Source: Candidatus Omnitrophota bacterium (lineage in GTDB: Bacteria > Omnitrophota > Gorgyraeia > Gygaellales > Gygaellaceae). Taken from it: a DNA stretch of 64,000 bases. The notes under the pieces are model-generated. The model saw only the letters and a list, made by a program, of their open reading frames with translations, searched no databases and had not been told where the DNA came from. The first letter of the stretch is position 1. Every line of letters begins with the position of its first letter. Position numbers and translations under genes: made by a program. Below, piece after piece: positions 50,072-60,337 of the stretch. Where the stretch lies: the NCBI GenBank assembly GCA_018400015.1, contig JAGYNB010000001.1, forward strand, positions 6,815 to 70,814, given 5' to 3'.

Positions 50072-51850
50072 ATGGATAAATTACATAGACTTAAAACTTG
50101 GATAGATAAATGTGCCGGTCTTTGTCAACCTGATAATATCGTTTGGGTTGATGGGACAGAAAAGCAGAAAAAAGACCTGCAGCAGAAAGCTTGCGCTACA
50201 GGAGAGATCACCGCATTAAATAAGAAAAAACTTCCCGGATGTTTTCTTCATCGGACTGCCGTTAACGACGTTGCCAGAACAGAGCACTTAACTTTCATAT
50301 GTACAAAAAATAAGCGCGATGCCGGCCCGACCAATAATTGGATGTTGCCTAAAGATGCCTACAATAGAGCTTCTGAGATTTTCAAAGGTGCAATGAAAGG
50401 CCGCACTATGTATGTTATACCATTTTCTATGGGGCCTGTGGGGTCGGAATTTAGTAAAATCGGAGTAGAGTTAACCGACTCAATATATGTTGTTTTGAAT
50501 ATGTTGATTATGACCAGGGTTGGTAACGATGTTTTAGAATATCTAAAGAAAATCCAGATTTTTACCAAATGCCTTCATTCGAAAGCCGAGCTTGACATAT
50601 CAAGACGTCTTATTCTGCATTTTCCTGAAGACAATGCAATTTGGAGCGTTGGTTCCGGCTACGGCGGCAATGTTCTTTTAGGAAAGAAATGTTTAGCACT
50701 TCGTATTGCGAGTGCCCAAGCGCGTCATGAAGGTTGGCTTGCAGAACATATGTTGATAATGGGCATAGAAGAGCCTAATGGGCATATAGAATATATTGCT
50801 GCAGCATTCCCCAGCGCATGCGGTAAAACAAATCTTGCTATGCTTATTCCTCCGGAAGGGTTAAAAAGTAAAGGCTATAGAATTTGGACCGTGGGTGATG
50901 ATATCGCTTGGATGCGCATTGATAGCGACGGATCATTGTGGGCAATAAATCCTGAGGCTGGGTTTTTTGGCGTTGGCCCGGGGACCAACTATAAAACCAA
51001 TCCCGTAATGATGGAGACGATAAAAAAAGATACGATTTTTACCAATGTTTTGCTTACTCCTGATAAAAACGTATGGTGGGAAGGTAAAGATGAAGCGCCG
51101 CCAGCAAAAGGTATTGATTGGCAAGGGCGTCCTTGGAAGCCGGGCACGAAGGATGTTTCCGGAAAAGAAATTCTTGGAGCGCATCCTAATAGCAGGTTTA
51201 CGGCTCCAATTGCGAATTGTCCTTCAGCCTCATTTAGATTGGACCAACATCACGGTGTGCCGATTTCCGCAATTATATTTGGAGGAAGACGTGAACACCT
51301 TGCTCCCTTGGTATATGAAGCGTTCAATTGGCAGCATGGTGTTTTTATAGGTTCAACAATGGCATCGGAGCGTACTGCCGCGCAAGTCGGTAAAGTCGGA
51401 GAAGTTAGGCGTGATCCTATGGCAATGTTACCATTCTGCGGATATAATATGGCGGATTATTTTAGGCATTGGTTGAATTTTGGCAAGCGTTTAAGAAAAC
51501 CGCCTAAAGTTTTTCATGTAAATTGGTTTAGAACGAACAATAAAGGTAAGTTTTTATGGCCAGGGTTTGGTGAGAATTTACGTATTCTAGAATGGATTTT
51601 AGACCGTTGCAACAATAAGACTGTTGCACGTAAAACTGCTATCGGTAATATTCCTTTTGTAAAAGATATAGATTTAACGGGATTAAGAATATCAAAAAAA
51701 GAAATGGAGCAGCTTTTTAAGATAAATAAGAAAGATTGGTTACAGGAAACCAACGATATCGCTAAATTCTTCTTAAAGTTCAATACTGATTTACCGCAGG
51801 AGTTGTCTGCAGAGCTTAAAAATCTTATTAAGAGGTTAAAATCTAAATGA
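50072..51850 (+). CDS. pckG: Phosphoenolpyruvate carboxykinase (GTP)
   Basis: GTP-PEPCK kinase-1a loop [11 protein letters not shown]. 592 aa. Confidence 0.95.
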   Translation: MDKLHRLKTWIDKCAGLCQPDNIVWVDGTEKQKKDLQQKACATGEITALNKKKLPGCFLHRTAVNDVARTEHLTFICTKNKRDAGPTNNWMLPKDAYNRASEIFKGAMKGRTMYVIPFSMGPVGSEFSKIGVELTDSIYVVLNMLIMTRVGNDVLEYLKKIQIFTKCLHSKAELDISRRLILHFPEDNAIWSVGSGYGGNVLLGKKCLALRIASAQARHEGWLAEHMLIMGIEEPNGHIEYIAAAFPSACGKTNLAMLIPPEGLKSKGYRIWTVGDDIAWMRIDSDGSLWAINPEAGFFGVGPGTNYKTNPVMMETIKKDTIFTNVLLTPDKNVWWEGKDEAPPAKGIDWQGRPWKPGTKDVSGKEILGAHPNSRFTAPIANCPSASFRLDQHHGVPISAIIFGGRREHLAPLVYEAFNWQHGVFIGSTMASERTAAQVGKVGEVRRDPMAMLPFCGYNMADYFRHWLNFGKRLRKPPKVFHVNWFRTNNKGKFLWPGFGENLRILEWILDRCNNKTVARKTAIGNIPFVKDIDLTGLRISKKEMEQLFKINKKDWLQETNDIAKFFLKFNTDLPQELSAELKNLIKRLKSK

Positions 51851-52737
51851 AAGAAGAAGTTTTATTACAAACTGAATTTAAGGATTTAAAGCTTTTTCGT
51901 CGTGGTAAAGTGCGCGATGTGTATGATTTAGAAGATAAATTATTGATTGTTTCCACAGACAGGATTTCTTGTTTTGACGTTATTTTGCCAAGCGGGATTC
52001 CGCATAAAGGACAGGTACTTACTGCCATATCCGTATTTTGGTTTGATTTTTTAAAAGAAATCGTACCCAATCATTTTGAAACAAGCGAGATAGGTGATTA
52101 TCCGGGATGTTTAAAAAAGTACGCTGATATGCTAAAGGGCCGTTCGATGATTGTTAAAAAAAGCTCTCCTTTACCGGTTGAGTGTATAGTAAGAGGTTAT
52201 CTGTCCGGCTCTGGCTGGAAGGATTATTTAAAAACGGGAAGCGTTTGCGGTATCAAGCTTACCGAAGGGTTAAGGCAGTCTGAAAAGTTGCCGGAGATTA
52301 TTTTTACTCCTTCTACAAAGGCTGAATCCGGGCATGATATAAATATAACTGAATCTGCAGTCGAACAAAAGTTAGGTAAAGAGATAACCGATAAAATAAG
52401 AAAAGCGAGCATAGAGATTTATCAAAAGGCCAGCGAATACGCAGATAAACACGGCATAATCATCGCCGATACTAAGTTTGAGTTTGGTTTACAGGATAAC
52501 AAAATAATTCTTATTGATGAAGTTTTAACTCCAGATTCATCCCGTTTTTGGCCGAAAGATAGTTATGGTCCTGGTTCTGCGCAGCCAAGTTTTGACAAGC
52601 AGTTTGTCAGAGATTATTTAGAGACCCTTGATTGGGACAAGACCCCTCCGGGTCCAGAACTTCCAGAAGACATAATCAAGAAAACTACCCAAAAATACAA
52701 AGAAGCGTTTAACAAGCTTACCGGCAAAGCAATTTAA
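51847..52737 (+). CDS. purC: Phosphoribosylaminoimidazole-succinocarboxamide synthase
   Basis: [10 protein letters not shown]...[20 protein letters not shown] synthetase motifs. Confidence 0.9.
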   Translation: MKEEVLLQTEFKDLKLFRRGKVRDVYDLEDKLLIVSTDRISCFDVILPSGIPHKGQVLTAISVFWFDFLKEIVPNHFETSEIGDYPGCLKKYADMLKGRSMIVKKSSPLPVECIVRGYLSGSGWKDYLKTGSVCGIKLTEGLRQSEKLPEIIFTPSTKAESGHDINITESAVEQKLGKEITDKIRKASIEIYQKASEYADKHGIIIADTKFEFGLQDNKIILIDEVLTPDSSRFWPKDSYGPGSAQPSFDKQFVRDYLETLDWDKTPPGPELPEDIIKKTTQKYKEAFNKLTGKAI

Positions 52738-52744
52738 AACTTCC

Positions 52745-53065
52745 ATGGCCACAATAGAGGATTTTAAAAAACTTGAATTTAAAACAGCTAAAATTATCGA
52801 AGTTGCGCCGCATCCTAATGCAGACAGGCTTATTGTTTTAAAAATAGATTTAGGCGATTCTACCCGTCAGATAGTAGCTGGCATAAGGAAATCTTATCAA
52901 GAACAAGATCTGATTAATAAGAATATTGTTATCATAGCTAATCTTGAACCGGCTGAGATTAGAGGTATTAAAAGCGAAGGCATGCTTTTGGCTGCATCAG
53001 ACGAAACAGTTATATCCATTTTAACTTTGGATAAGCCCGTAAAACCAGGAAGCGTAGTAAAATAA
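52745..53065 (+). CDS. tRNA-binding domain protein (CsaA/Trbp111/EMAPII-like OB fold)
   Basis: FKKLEFKTAKIIEVAPHPNADRLIVLKIDLG, the hallmark of the MetRS C-terminal-like tRNA-binding domain. Confidence 0.75.
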   Translation: MATIEDFKKLEFKTAKIIEVAPHPNADRLIVLKIDLGDSTRQIVAGIRKSYQEQDLINKNIVIIANLEPAEIRGIKSEGMLLAASDETVISILTLDKPVKPGSVVK

Positions 53066-53066
53066 T

Positions 53067-53486
53067 ATGGCGGTTATAACCAAAAGATTTAGCCTTTCCA
53101 CAAGCGGTGATTGTGATATAATCGATATTACCGATAGGGTACAATCTGTTTTAAGCCCCTCAAACATTAAAGCCGGAATTATAAATATTTCTATTGCTGG
53201 GTCTACGGCAGCAATTACCACTTGTGAGTATGAGCCTGGCTTGGTTAAAGACTTAAAAACTTTTTTTAATAAGTATATTCCTAAGAATCATAATTATGAA
53301 CATAATAATGCCTGGGGAGATGGAAATGGCCATGCACATATATCTTCTTCGCTAGTAGGCCCTTCTAAAAGCTTTCCTTTTTTTGATAAAAAAATAAATC
53401 TCGGCACTTGGCAGCAGATTATTTTGATTGATTTTGATAGCAGATCCCGCAAAAGAGAAGTTATTGTTCAGATTGTCGGAGAATAA
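53067..53486 (+). CDS. YjbQ/UPF0047 family protein, second paralog
   Basis: DIIDITD...ISIAGSTAAITTCEYEPGL...HAHISSSLVG. Confidence 0.8.
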   Translation: MAVITKRFSLSTSGDCDIIDITDRVQSVLSPSNIKAGIINISIAGSTAAITTCEYEPGLVKDLKTFFNKYIPKNHNYEHNNAWGDGNGHAHISSSLVGPSKSFPFFDKKINLGTWQQIILIDFDSRSRKREVIVQIVGE

Positions 53487-53487
53487 A

Positions 53488-53916
53488 ATGTTTGATCTGG
53501 ATAATTTTATGGATTCGCAAACATGTCTGGACTGCGATGGCTGCTGCAGATTTCATGATAAGGGTTCAATATGGGTTCCTTATGGAATCAATACAATAGC
53601 CTACCAAGATTATTTTATCTGTGAACGGTTTGATCCGCAGCTTAATAAGTGTAAAGAATATAATAACAGGCCTTTTGACTGCAGAATATACCCGTTTTTA
53701 TTACATAAAGATAAAGATAAGTTTTTTCTTGCTCTTCATATGCAGTGTATTTTTCTGCAGGAAATGTCTTCTGAAAAGTTAGACAAGTTGTGTGAAAATA
53801 TGGCTACTTTTTTTAAGAAGAAAGAAACCAAAGAATTTCTTAAAAAAAACAAGAATATGTTTGTTTCATATCCTGGAGAAATCAGAATTACGCACTCTTT
53901 GACTCTCGATGATTAA
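53488..53916 (+). CDS. YkgJ-type putative Fe-S/Zn-binding protein
   Basis: CLDCDGCCRF (CxxCxxCC) plus downstream Cys. The start was trimmed to ATG 53488. Confidence 0.55.
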   Translation: MFDLDNFMDSQTCLDCDGCCRFHDKGSIWVPYGINTIAYQDYFICERFDPQLNKCKEYNNRPFDCRIYPFLLHKDKDKFFLALHMQCIFLQEMSSEKLDKLCENMATFFKKKETKEFLKKNKNMFVSYPGEIRITHSLTLDD

Positions 53917-54799
53917 ACTAAGAAAGTTTTCTTTAAAAGAGAAACCACTTTTTGAAGATTATCTAAGGCGTTTTAATCACGGATTAAGCGCTTATTCTTT
54001 TATCTATGCTTATATCTGGAAGGATTTCTTTCGGTTTCAATATTGTATTATAGAAGGTAATTTTTGCCTTTTTGCCGAAGATTCATTCGGTATGTTTTTG
54101 TATATTGAACCTTTGGGTAAGATAAGTAAGAATGTTATAGAGAATTGCTTTGGTGTTATGGATAAGCGCAATAAAAACAAACAGGTTTCACGCATTGAAA
54201 ATGTGGAGAAAGAAAAACTAGCCATTTATAAAAAATTTGGATTTGAGAACTTTTTAAAATCCACAGATTATGTTTATGACAATATCAGTATATCTTCGTT
54301 TAAAGGCAATGCCTTAAAGCATAAACGTTCTTGCAGTAATTATTTTTTAAAGCATAATTCTTATGATTTTATTGATTATGATGAGAGTTGTTTTAAGAGC
54401 TGCAACCGGTTATATAAAAATTGGGCAAAGCAGAGAAGTCTTAAGTACAGCGATAATATTTATCAGCATATGTTAAAGCAAAGCTACAGCGCATTTCAAG
54501 TAGCATTAAAGGATTTCCGAAAACTCGATTTAGTGGTAAAATTAATAGTAATTGGTTCGCAAGTTAAGGCTTGTGCTGTCGGTTTTAAACTGAACAAGGA
54601 AACATTTTGTGTTTTATTCGAAATAACCGATTTAAGTATAAAGGGGTTAGCGCAGTTTATATTTAAACGCATGGCTCAGGAGACGGGGTTTTATAAATAT
54701 ATAAACGTCATGGATGACTCAGGGTTAAAAAATATAAAAAGAGTAAAGCTTTCTTATAGACCAATAGAGCTGATAGAAAGTTACAATGTCACAAGATAA
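53909..54799 (+). CDS. DUF2156 (MprF C-terminal-like) putative aminoacyl-tRNA-dependent transferase
   Basis: N-terminal LSAYSFIYAYIW and DYVYD...KHKRS..NYFLK patterns, typical of the PG-lysyltransferase C-domain family. Confidence 0.45.
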   Translation: MIKLRKFSLKEKPLFEDYLRRFNHGLSAYSFIYAYIWKDFFRFQYCIIEGNFCLFAEDSFGMFLYIEPLGKISKNVIENCFGVMDKRNKNKQVSRIENVEKEKLAIYKKFGFENFLKSTDYVYDNISISSFKGNALKHKRSCSNYFLKHNSYDFIDYDESCFKSCNRLYKNWAKQRSLKYSDNIYQHMLKQSYSAFQVALKDFRKLDLVVKLIVIGSQVKACAVGFKLNKETFCVLFEITDLSIKGLAQFIFKRMAQETGFYKYINVMDDSGLKNIKRVKLSYRPIELIESYNVTR

Positions 54800-55652
54800 A
54801 CAATCGATAAAGGATACGGTATTTACGGTTTTTGATGTTGAAACCACAGGTCTTTTTCCGCAGATGGGAGATAGGATATGCGAGATAGCCGCTTTAAAGA
54901 TTAAACAGGGGCAGGTAATAGACCAATTTTATTCTTTGGTTAATCCGTTGAAGAATATGCCTGTTGAGGCATATAACATCCACCATATATCCCAAGAGAT
55001 GGTAAAGGACGCTCCCAGCAGCGCTAAGGTTTTGCCAAAGTTTCTAAGCTTTGTAGAAGGAACATGCTTGTGTGGTTATAATGTTGGATTTGATATTGGT
55101 TTTCTTGAGAGCGAGCTAGGATTGATTAATCTAACGCTTGATGATAAATTACCGGTAGTAGATGTTTTAAAAATTGCCCGTAGGCTTTTTCCCGATTTAA
55201 CCAGCCATTCGCTGCTTAATTTTTCAAGAGCTATGGGTATTGCGGCTAATCAAAAGCACAGGGCTATGGATGATGTTGAGTTGACTATTAAGGTATTTAG
55301 TATGCTCATAAAGAACCTGGAAAATAATAACCTAACGAATTTTGAAGATATGCATAATTTGTTCGGTAATAACCTTAAGCTTATCAATAGTGTAAACCAG
55401 CTGAAGATTGACCGGATATCCAGGGCGATAGATAAACAAGTTAATCTTGATATAAAATATTTTACTATTTCTAACGGCAAAATTACAAACCGTTTGATAA
55501 AACCAATAGAGATAGTTGAGTTAGGCAATAATAAGTATGTGAATGCTTATTGTTATTTAAGAAAAGATAATAGAAATTTTAAAATTGAGGGTATATTGGA
55601 AATTTCTTCTGCAGTAGATTCTAAGGTTTCGCAGAAAGCAAAAAATTTATGA
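54786..55652 (+). CDS. DnaQ-like 3'-5' exonuclease fused to a C-terminal WYL-like domain
   Basis: Exo I FTVFDVETTGL. Exo II and III present (HRAMDD). C-terminal ...NNKYVNAYCYLRKDNRNFKIEGILEI resembles the WYL core (..WYL.AYC..R...R.FRLDRI). Confidence 0.65.
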   Translation: MSQDKQSIKDTVFTVFDVETTGLFPQMGDRICEIAALKIKQGQVIDQFYSLVNPLKNMPVEAYNIHHISQEMVKDAPSSAKVLPKFLSFVEGTCLCGYNVGFDIGFLESELGLINLTLDDKLPVVDVLKIARRLFPDLTSHSLLNFSRAMGIAANQKHRAMDDVELTIKVFSMLIKNLENNNLTNFEDMHNLFGNNLKLINSVNQLKIDRISRAIDKQVNLDIKYFTISNGKITNRLIKPIEIVELGNNKYVNAYCYLRKDNRNFKIEGILEISSAVDSKVSQKAKNL

Positions 55653-57991
55653 AGAGAGTTTTTATTACCATATTGGTTTTAATATCGGTTTGTGGCTGTG
55701 ATATGGATATTGCCCAAAGTTACTTTAAAATAAGCAACTTTTTCTATGCCCGGGCTGTAGACAGTTACCAGACTAGGCTCAAGAAAAATCCAGAAGATGA
55801 TACACTTAAGTACCGTTTAGGCAAATTATATTATGAACACGGTGATTTTAAGCAAGCGGAACAATATTTGGCACAGGCAGACACCAGAGATGCCAGTGTT
55901 TTATTAGCACATAATTATTATAATTTGGCTGACTATACAAGCGCATTGGCGGTTTTTGACTCATTGGGAGAAATTGATAATGGACGTTATTTGTATTTTT
56001 ACGGCCTTACATGCGAGAAGCTTAATCTTTTTGACCAGGCGATGAATATCTACGCTAAGATTAAAGACAATCTTTATGTTTCACAGGCAAAGGAAAGAAT
56101 CGCTATTATAAATTCTAATATTCAGCGGTCAATTATTAGAGAAAAAGATAATGAGATTTATGATTTGCTTATTAAAGCTGACGAAGAAAGATATCCACAG
56201 GCAGGGGCAGTAGTTTTTGTCGATGAAAAGATGCAGGTTTTTGATGACAACACCGCAGTTATAAAAATACATGTTATAGCGAAGATATTAAATGACCGCG
56301 GTAAAGAGGGTATGTCTGAAATCGAAATCGGTTATGATTCTACCTATGAGCAAGTTGAGCTTGAATTTGCGCGTACAATAAAGCCGGATTCAACGGTGAT
56401 AAGCGTAGGCACAAAGAACATAAGAGACGTTTCGAGGTATTTAAATTTTCCTTTATATAGCAATGCCCGAGTAAGGATTATTTCTATGCCTGAAGTGATG
56501 GAGGGTTCTATAATTGAATATAAAGCTACTATTAAACGCCACAAGTTGGTAGATGAAAATAAATTCGTTGTTAATTATTCGTTGCAGGAGTCGGATCCGA
56601 TAATAAAAGCATTATTTTCTCTGGTTATTCCAAAAAGCAAAGATATAAACATTAAAACAATAAACAGCGAGTACAACACTTTCAATGCCCAGATGAAGCC
56701 TTCTGTCGAGGTGGTTGGTAATAACAAAGTTTATAAATGGAGTTTTTCCAATATTCCCCAGATATTGCCAGAATCAAACATGGTTCCCACAAGTTGGGTT
56801 AATCCGATTTTCCTTGTTTCTAATTTTGATTCTTGGAAGCAGATTTATGATTGGTGGTGGGATTTGGCGTACGATAAAATAGTAGCCGATAGCAATATAA
56901 AGGGGAAAGTCAAAGAATTAATTCAGGATAAGGACAATGATTTTGAAAAAGCTCAAGCGATTGCTAATTTTTGCATTGAGAAAATTCGTTATGTAGCAGT
57001 GGAATACGGTCAGGCAGGATATCAACCGCATCAGGCAAAGGAGATATTTCAGAATAAATACGGAGACTGCAAGGATCAGGCGATATTATTGATTACGATG
57101 CTTAAAGAGGCCGGTTTCAAGGCTTATCCGGTCTTGATTGGGACGAAGGAGCTGCCTTCGTTAGAAGAAGATTTTCCAACCCTTCTTTTTAATCATGCGA
57201 TAGCAGCTGTAGAATTGTCTAGTGGCGAGTATACCTTTATTGATCCTACCGCACAGACTTGTTCTTTTGGAGATTTGCCTGAAGGTGATCAGAATAGATT
57301 GGTGCTTTTGTTTAGAGAGGATAATTTCGTATTGTTAAAAACCCCTGAGTTTAAAAGTGAAAAAAACTATATTTATAAAGAGCTGGATATGAAGATAAAT
57401 ACTGATGAAAGTATAACTGCTTCAAGGCGAGTTGTTTCTTCAGGTGTTTTTGATCAGGGACAACGCTATTGGCTTAAATTTACTCCTCCTCAGCTTATTG
57501 GAGAGTTTTTAGAAGAAAGTATCCAAGATATAAGTATTTCAGCAAAATTAGAAGATTATGAGATTGTCAATCTCGATAGGCTTGGTAGCCCAGTAGAGCT
57601 CAAGTATGTTTTTAGCGGAGCCCATTATTTGATTAAATCTGGGCCAGCAAGAATTTTGCCTGCATTTAGCCAAATAAATACCGCTATTGTTGCTAAAGAC
57701 AACAGGCGCTATCCGATAGATTTAGGGCTTCCCTATAAAAAAGAATTAATATTTAAGATTGAATTACCCCAGGATTATAAGATAAAATATATTCCAGACA
57801 GTATCACTTATGAAAATGAATGGATGTATTTTGATAATGGTTATGAAGTAAAGAGCCAGGAGTTGTATTTTCATGAAACCCAAATCAATAAAAAATCCGT
57901 TGTTGAAACTGTAAAATATAATGAATTTAAGAATGGTTTGGAAGAATTGGCTAAGAAAATAGATCAAAGGGTCATATTGGAAAAAAGGTAA
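55649..57991 (+). CDS. Secreted or lipoprotein transglutaminase-like protein with N-terminal TPR and DUF3857/3858-like regions
   Basis: Signal peptide ending VCGC. Catalytic-Cys motif YGDCKDQAILLITMLKEAGFKAYPV. 780 aa. Confidence 0.65.
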   Translation: MKRVFITILVLISVCGCDMDIAQSYFKISNFFYARAVDSYQTRLKKNPEDDTLKYRLGKLYYEHGDFKQAEQYLAQADTRDASVLLAHNYYNLADYTSALAVFDSLGEIDNGRYLYFYGLTCEKLNLFDQAMNIYAKIKDNLYVSQAKERIAIINSNIQRSIIREKDNEIYDLLIKADEERYPQAGAVVFVDEKMQVFDDNTAVIKIHVIAKILNDRGKEGMSEIEIGYDSTYEQVELEFARTIKPDSTVISVGTKNIRDVSRYLNFPLYSNARVRIISMPEVMEGSIIEYKATIKRHKLVDENKFVVNYSLQESDPIIKALFSLVIPKSKDINIKTINSEYNTFNAQMKPSVEVVGNNKVYKWSFSNIPQILPESNMVPTSWVNPIFLVSNFDSWKQIYDWWWDLAYDKIVADSNIKGKVKELIQDKDNDFEKAQAIANFCIEKIRYVAVEYGQAGYQPHQAKEIFQNKYGDCKDQAILLITMLKEAGFKAYPVLIGTKELPSLEEDFPTLLFNHAIAAVELSSGEYTFIDPTAQTCSFGDLPEGDQNRLVLLFREDNFVLLKTPEFKSEKNYIYKELDMKINTDESITASRRVVSSGVFDQGQRYWLKFTPPQLIGEFLEESIQDISISAKLEDYEIVNLDRLGSPVELKYVFSGAHYLIKSGPARILPAFSQINTAIVAKDNRRYPIDLGLPYKKELIFKIELPQDYKIKYIPDSITYENEWMYFDNGYEVKSQELYFHETQINKKSVVETVKYNEFKNGLEELAKKIDQRVILEKR

Positions 57992-57995
57992 ATGT

Positions 57996-58367
57996 ATGAA
58001 AAAAGAAAGCAACAGGGATTTAAATTACCAGATTAACTTTTTTGAAAAGTTGCTTCAGCGTAATCCTAATTATGTTGACGCAATGATTGCTTTAGCCGAA
58101 GCATATACAAAAAAAGGAATGTATCAAAAAGGTTTTGAAATAGATATGCGCTTATCACAAATTAAAAAACACGATCCGATAGTGCACTATAATCTTGCAT
58201 GCAGCCTGTCTCTTTTAGGTAAGATCGAAGAAGCGCTATCCGCGTTATCCAGAGCAATTTATTTAGGATATGATGATTTTGATTATATAAAGCAAGACCC
58301 AGACTTGAATAATTTACGCGAAGATAGAAGGTTCGATAAATTACTAAAGGCGGTAGCAAAAAAATGA
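57996..58367 (+). CDS. TPR-repeat protein
   Basis: Helical repeats such as AMIALAEAYTKKGMYQKG and HYNLACSLSLLGKIEEAL. Confidence 0.55.
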   Translation: MKKESNRDLNYQINFFEKLLQRNPNYVDAMIALAEAYTKKGMYQKGFEIDMRLSQIKKHDPIVHYNLACSLSLLGKIEEALSALSRAIYLGYDDFDYIKQDPDLNNLREDRRFDKLLKAVAKK

Positions 58368-60337
58368 AAAATGATTTTAAAGAAAGAAGAAGATACATTC
58401 GTTTAAGTACTGTTTTTCCAGTTGAGTTCAAATTGAATTCCGGCGAAGGAGTTTCTTTGTCTGACTGGTTAGAAGGTTTTACCTCTAATATCAGCAAAGG
58501 AGGTATTTGTCTTGTTGCAAATAATCTAAAAGTCGACACATTAAAAATAGTAGAATCAAAAAAAGCAAAAGTGTCTTTAAAGATAAATCTGCCTTTTAAG
58601 AAAAGTCCGATAGATGCGTTAACGAAAGTTGCCTGGTTGAGAAAAATAAAAACTGAGCCTTTCAATCAGTATATTATTGGTCTTGAATACGAAGTAATTA
58701 ACCAGGCAGACAATAAACAGATAGTTAAATTTGCAAAATTCAAGAGAAGATTTTCTTTTTTCGTCACTTTGCTGGTTGTTTTTCTTGCCGCATCGGTAAT
58801 CGCAAGTGGTGTCTATAATTATAAGTTGTACAGCCATAATAGGAAATTAGTTAAGCGGCTATTGACTAACGTTGACCAGTCTTCATTGCTGGAAGGAAGA
58901 ATCGATAGAATAAATAAAGAAAAAAGTCAAATCGAGGTTCGGATTTTTGAAGAAAAAAATAAAAATGCTGTTTTATTGGAAGAAATTAAGTCTTTAAAAT
59001 CTGCCATAGAGCGAACTAAGGGGATTGAGAAAAAAGAATACGAAGAAAAGTTGGCTGCCTTAGAAAAAGAAATTAATAGAGCGTTATTAGAGAAAAATAA
59101 GTTGGCTGAAAGATTAAAAACTCTCGAAGAAACTCAGACTAAAGCGCAGGAGAAACTTCTCGTGCTCAATAAAGAATATACTCCCATAAAGGAAGATGTA
59201 ATTGATAATATGTATGGTTGGTTGTTGTCACATCAGCATTCACGTACGGGACTTGTAGCAAGTTTTGAAGGGACAGATCAATTAAATGATTGCGCTTTTA
59301 TTTACGATCAGGCACTGGTAGCGATTGCCTACATAATTAGAGAAGATTACGATAAGGCAGAGGCAATATTTGATTTCTTCTCAAACGCAAAGCTTGTTAA
59401 AGGAGCATTTGCCAACGGCTATTATATTTCTACAAGAGATGTGTTTGAGTATATTGTTCATGCCGGCCCAAATCTTTGGCTTGGCATTGCAATATTACAG
59501 TATATACACAAATCAAACGATAACCAGTTTCTGCCTTTGGCTGAGAAAATAGCTTCTTGGATTATTGCTCTTCAGTCAGAGGATAAAGATGGCGGTATAA
59601 GGGGAGGACCCGATGTTTCATGGTATTCTACAGAACACAATTTAGACGCCTATGCTTTTTTTGATATGTTTTATACGCTTACCAAGAAAGAAAAATATAA
59701 GAATGCAAGGAATAAGGTTTTAAAATGGCTTGAAAAATATGCTTATGATAATCCTCAGATTCCGGTTAAAAGAGGCAAAGGGGATTCTACTATTGCCACC
59801 GATACTTATACTTGGTCTATTGCTAGCATTGGTCCGGAAAAACTAATTGCAATCGGGATGGATCCAGATAGAATAATTAGCTTTGCCGAGGATAATTGCA
59901 GTGTGGAAGTTGATTATAAATCTTCTTCCGGAGCAATGAAGAAAGTAAAAGGTTTTGATTTTGCTAAGGCGGCGAATATCGCACGCGGCGGAGTTATCTC
60001 TTGTGAATGGACCGCACAGATGGTACTTTCTTACAAAATAATGAGCGTGTATTATGCAGGAATAAAAGATAAAAATAATGCATTGTATTATAAAGACAAA
60101 GCAAATAAGCTTTTATCAGAGCTGGATAAGATGATTATGTGCAGTCCTTCGCGAACTGGCCAGGGATGTGGATGTCTGCCTTATGCTAGCAGTTCTTTTG
60201 TTGATACTGGTCATGGGTGGCGTACGCCAAAACAAGAGCAGACAGGTTCTTTGGCTGCAACTAGCTATGCCTTTTTTGCTTACTACGGTTTCAATCCTTT
60301 AGCTTTAGATGAAACAAGTCTTAACCAGGGTATATAG
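58364..60337 (+). CDS. PilZ-domain membrane protein with C-terminal alpha-helical-toroid (glycoside-hydrolase-like) domain
   Basis: PilZ motifs RRRYIRLS...FTSNISKGGI. One TM. Long coiled coil. C-terminal ~350 aa has (alpha/alpha)-repeat character. Confidence 0.6.
   Translation: MKNDFKERRRYIRLSTVFPVEFKLNSGEGVSLSDWLEGFTSNISKGGICLVANNLKVDTLKIVESKKAKVSLKINLPFKKSPIDALTKVAWLRKIKTEPFNQYIIGLEYEVINQADNKQIVKFAKFKRRFSFFVTLLVVFLAASVIASGVYNYKLYSHNRKLVKRLLTNVDQSSLLEGRIDRINKEKSQIEVRIFEEKNKNAVLLEEIKSLKSAIERTKGIEKKEYEEKLAALEKEINRALLEKNKLAERLKTLEETQTKAQEKLLVLNKEYTPIKEDVIDNMYGWLLSHQHSRTGLVASFEGTDQLNDCAFIYDQALVAIAYIIREDYDKAEAIFDFFSNAKLVKGAFANGYYISTRDVFEYIVHAGPNLWLGIAILQYIHKSNDNQFLPLAEKIASWIIALQSEDKDGGIRGGPDVSWYSTEHNLDAYAFFDMFYTLTKKEKYKNARNKVLKWLEKYAYDNPQIPVKRGKGDSTIATDTYTWSIASIGPEKLIAIGMDPDRIISFAEDNCSVEVDYKSSSGAMKKVKGFDFAKAANIARGGVISCEWTAQMVLSYKIMSVYYAGIKDKNNALYYKDKANKLLSELDKMIMCSPSRTGQGCGCLPYASSSFVDTGHGWRTPKQEQTGSLAATSYAFFAYYGFNPLALDETSLNQGI

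Noticed and set aside
51045-51350. + strand 101-aa ORF inside pckG in another frame
   Set aside because: It lies entirely within the well-conserved PEPCK reading frame.
58162-58665. 167-aa minus-strand ORF spanning the TPR/PilZ junction
   Set aside because: It is antisense to two overlapping + strand genes with recognisable domains.
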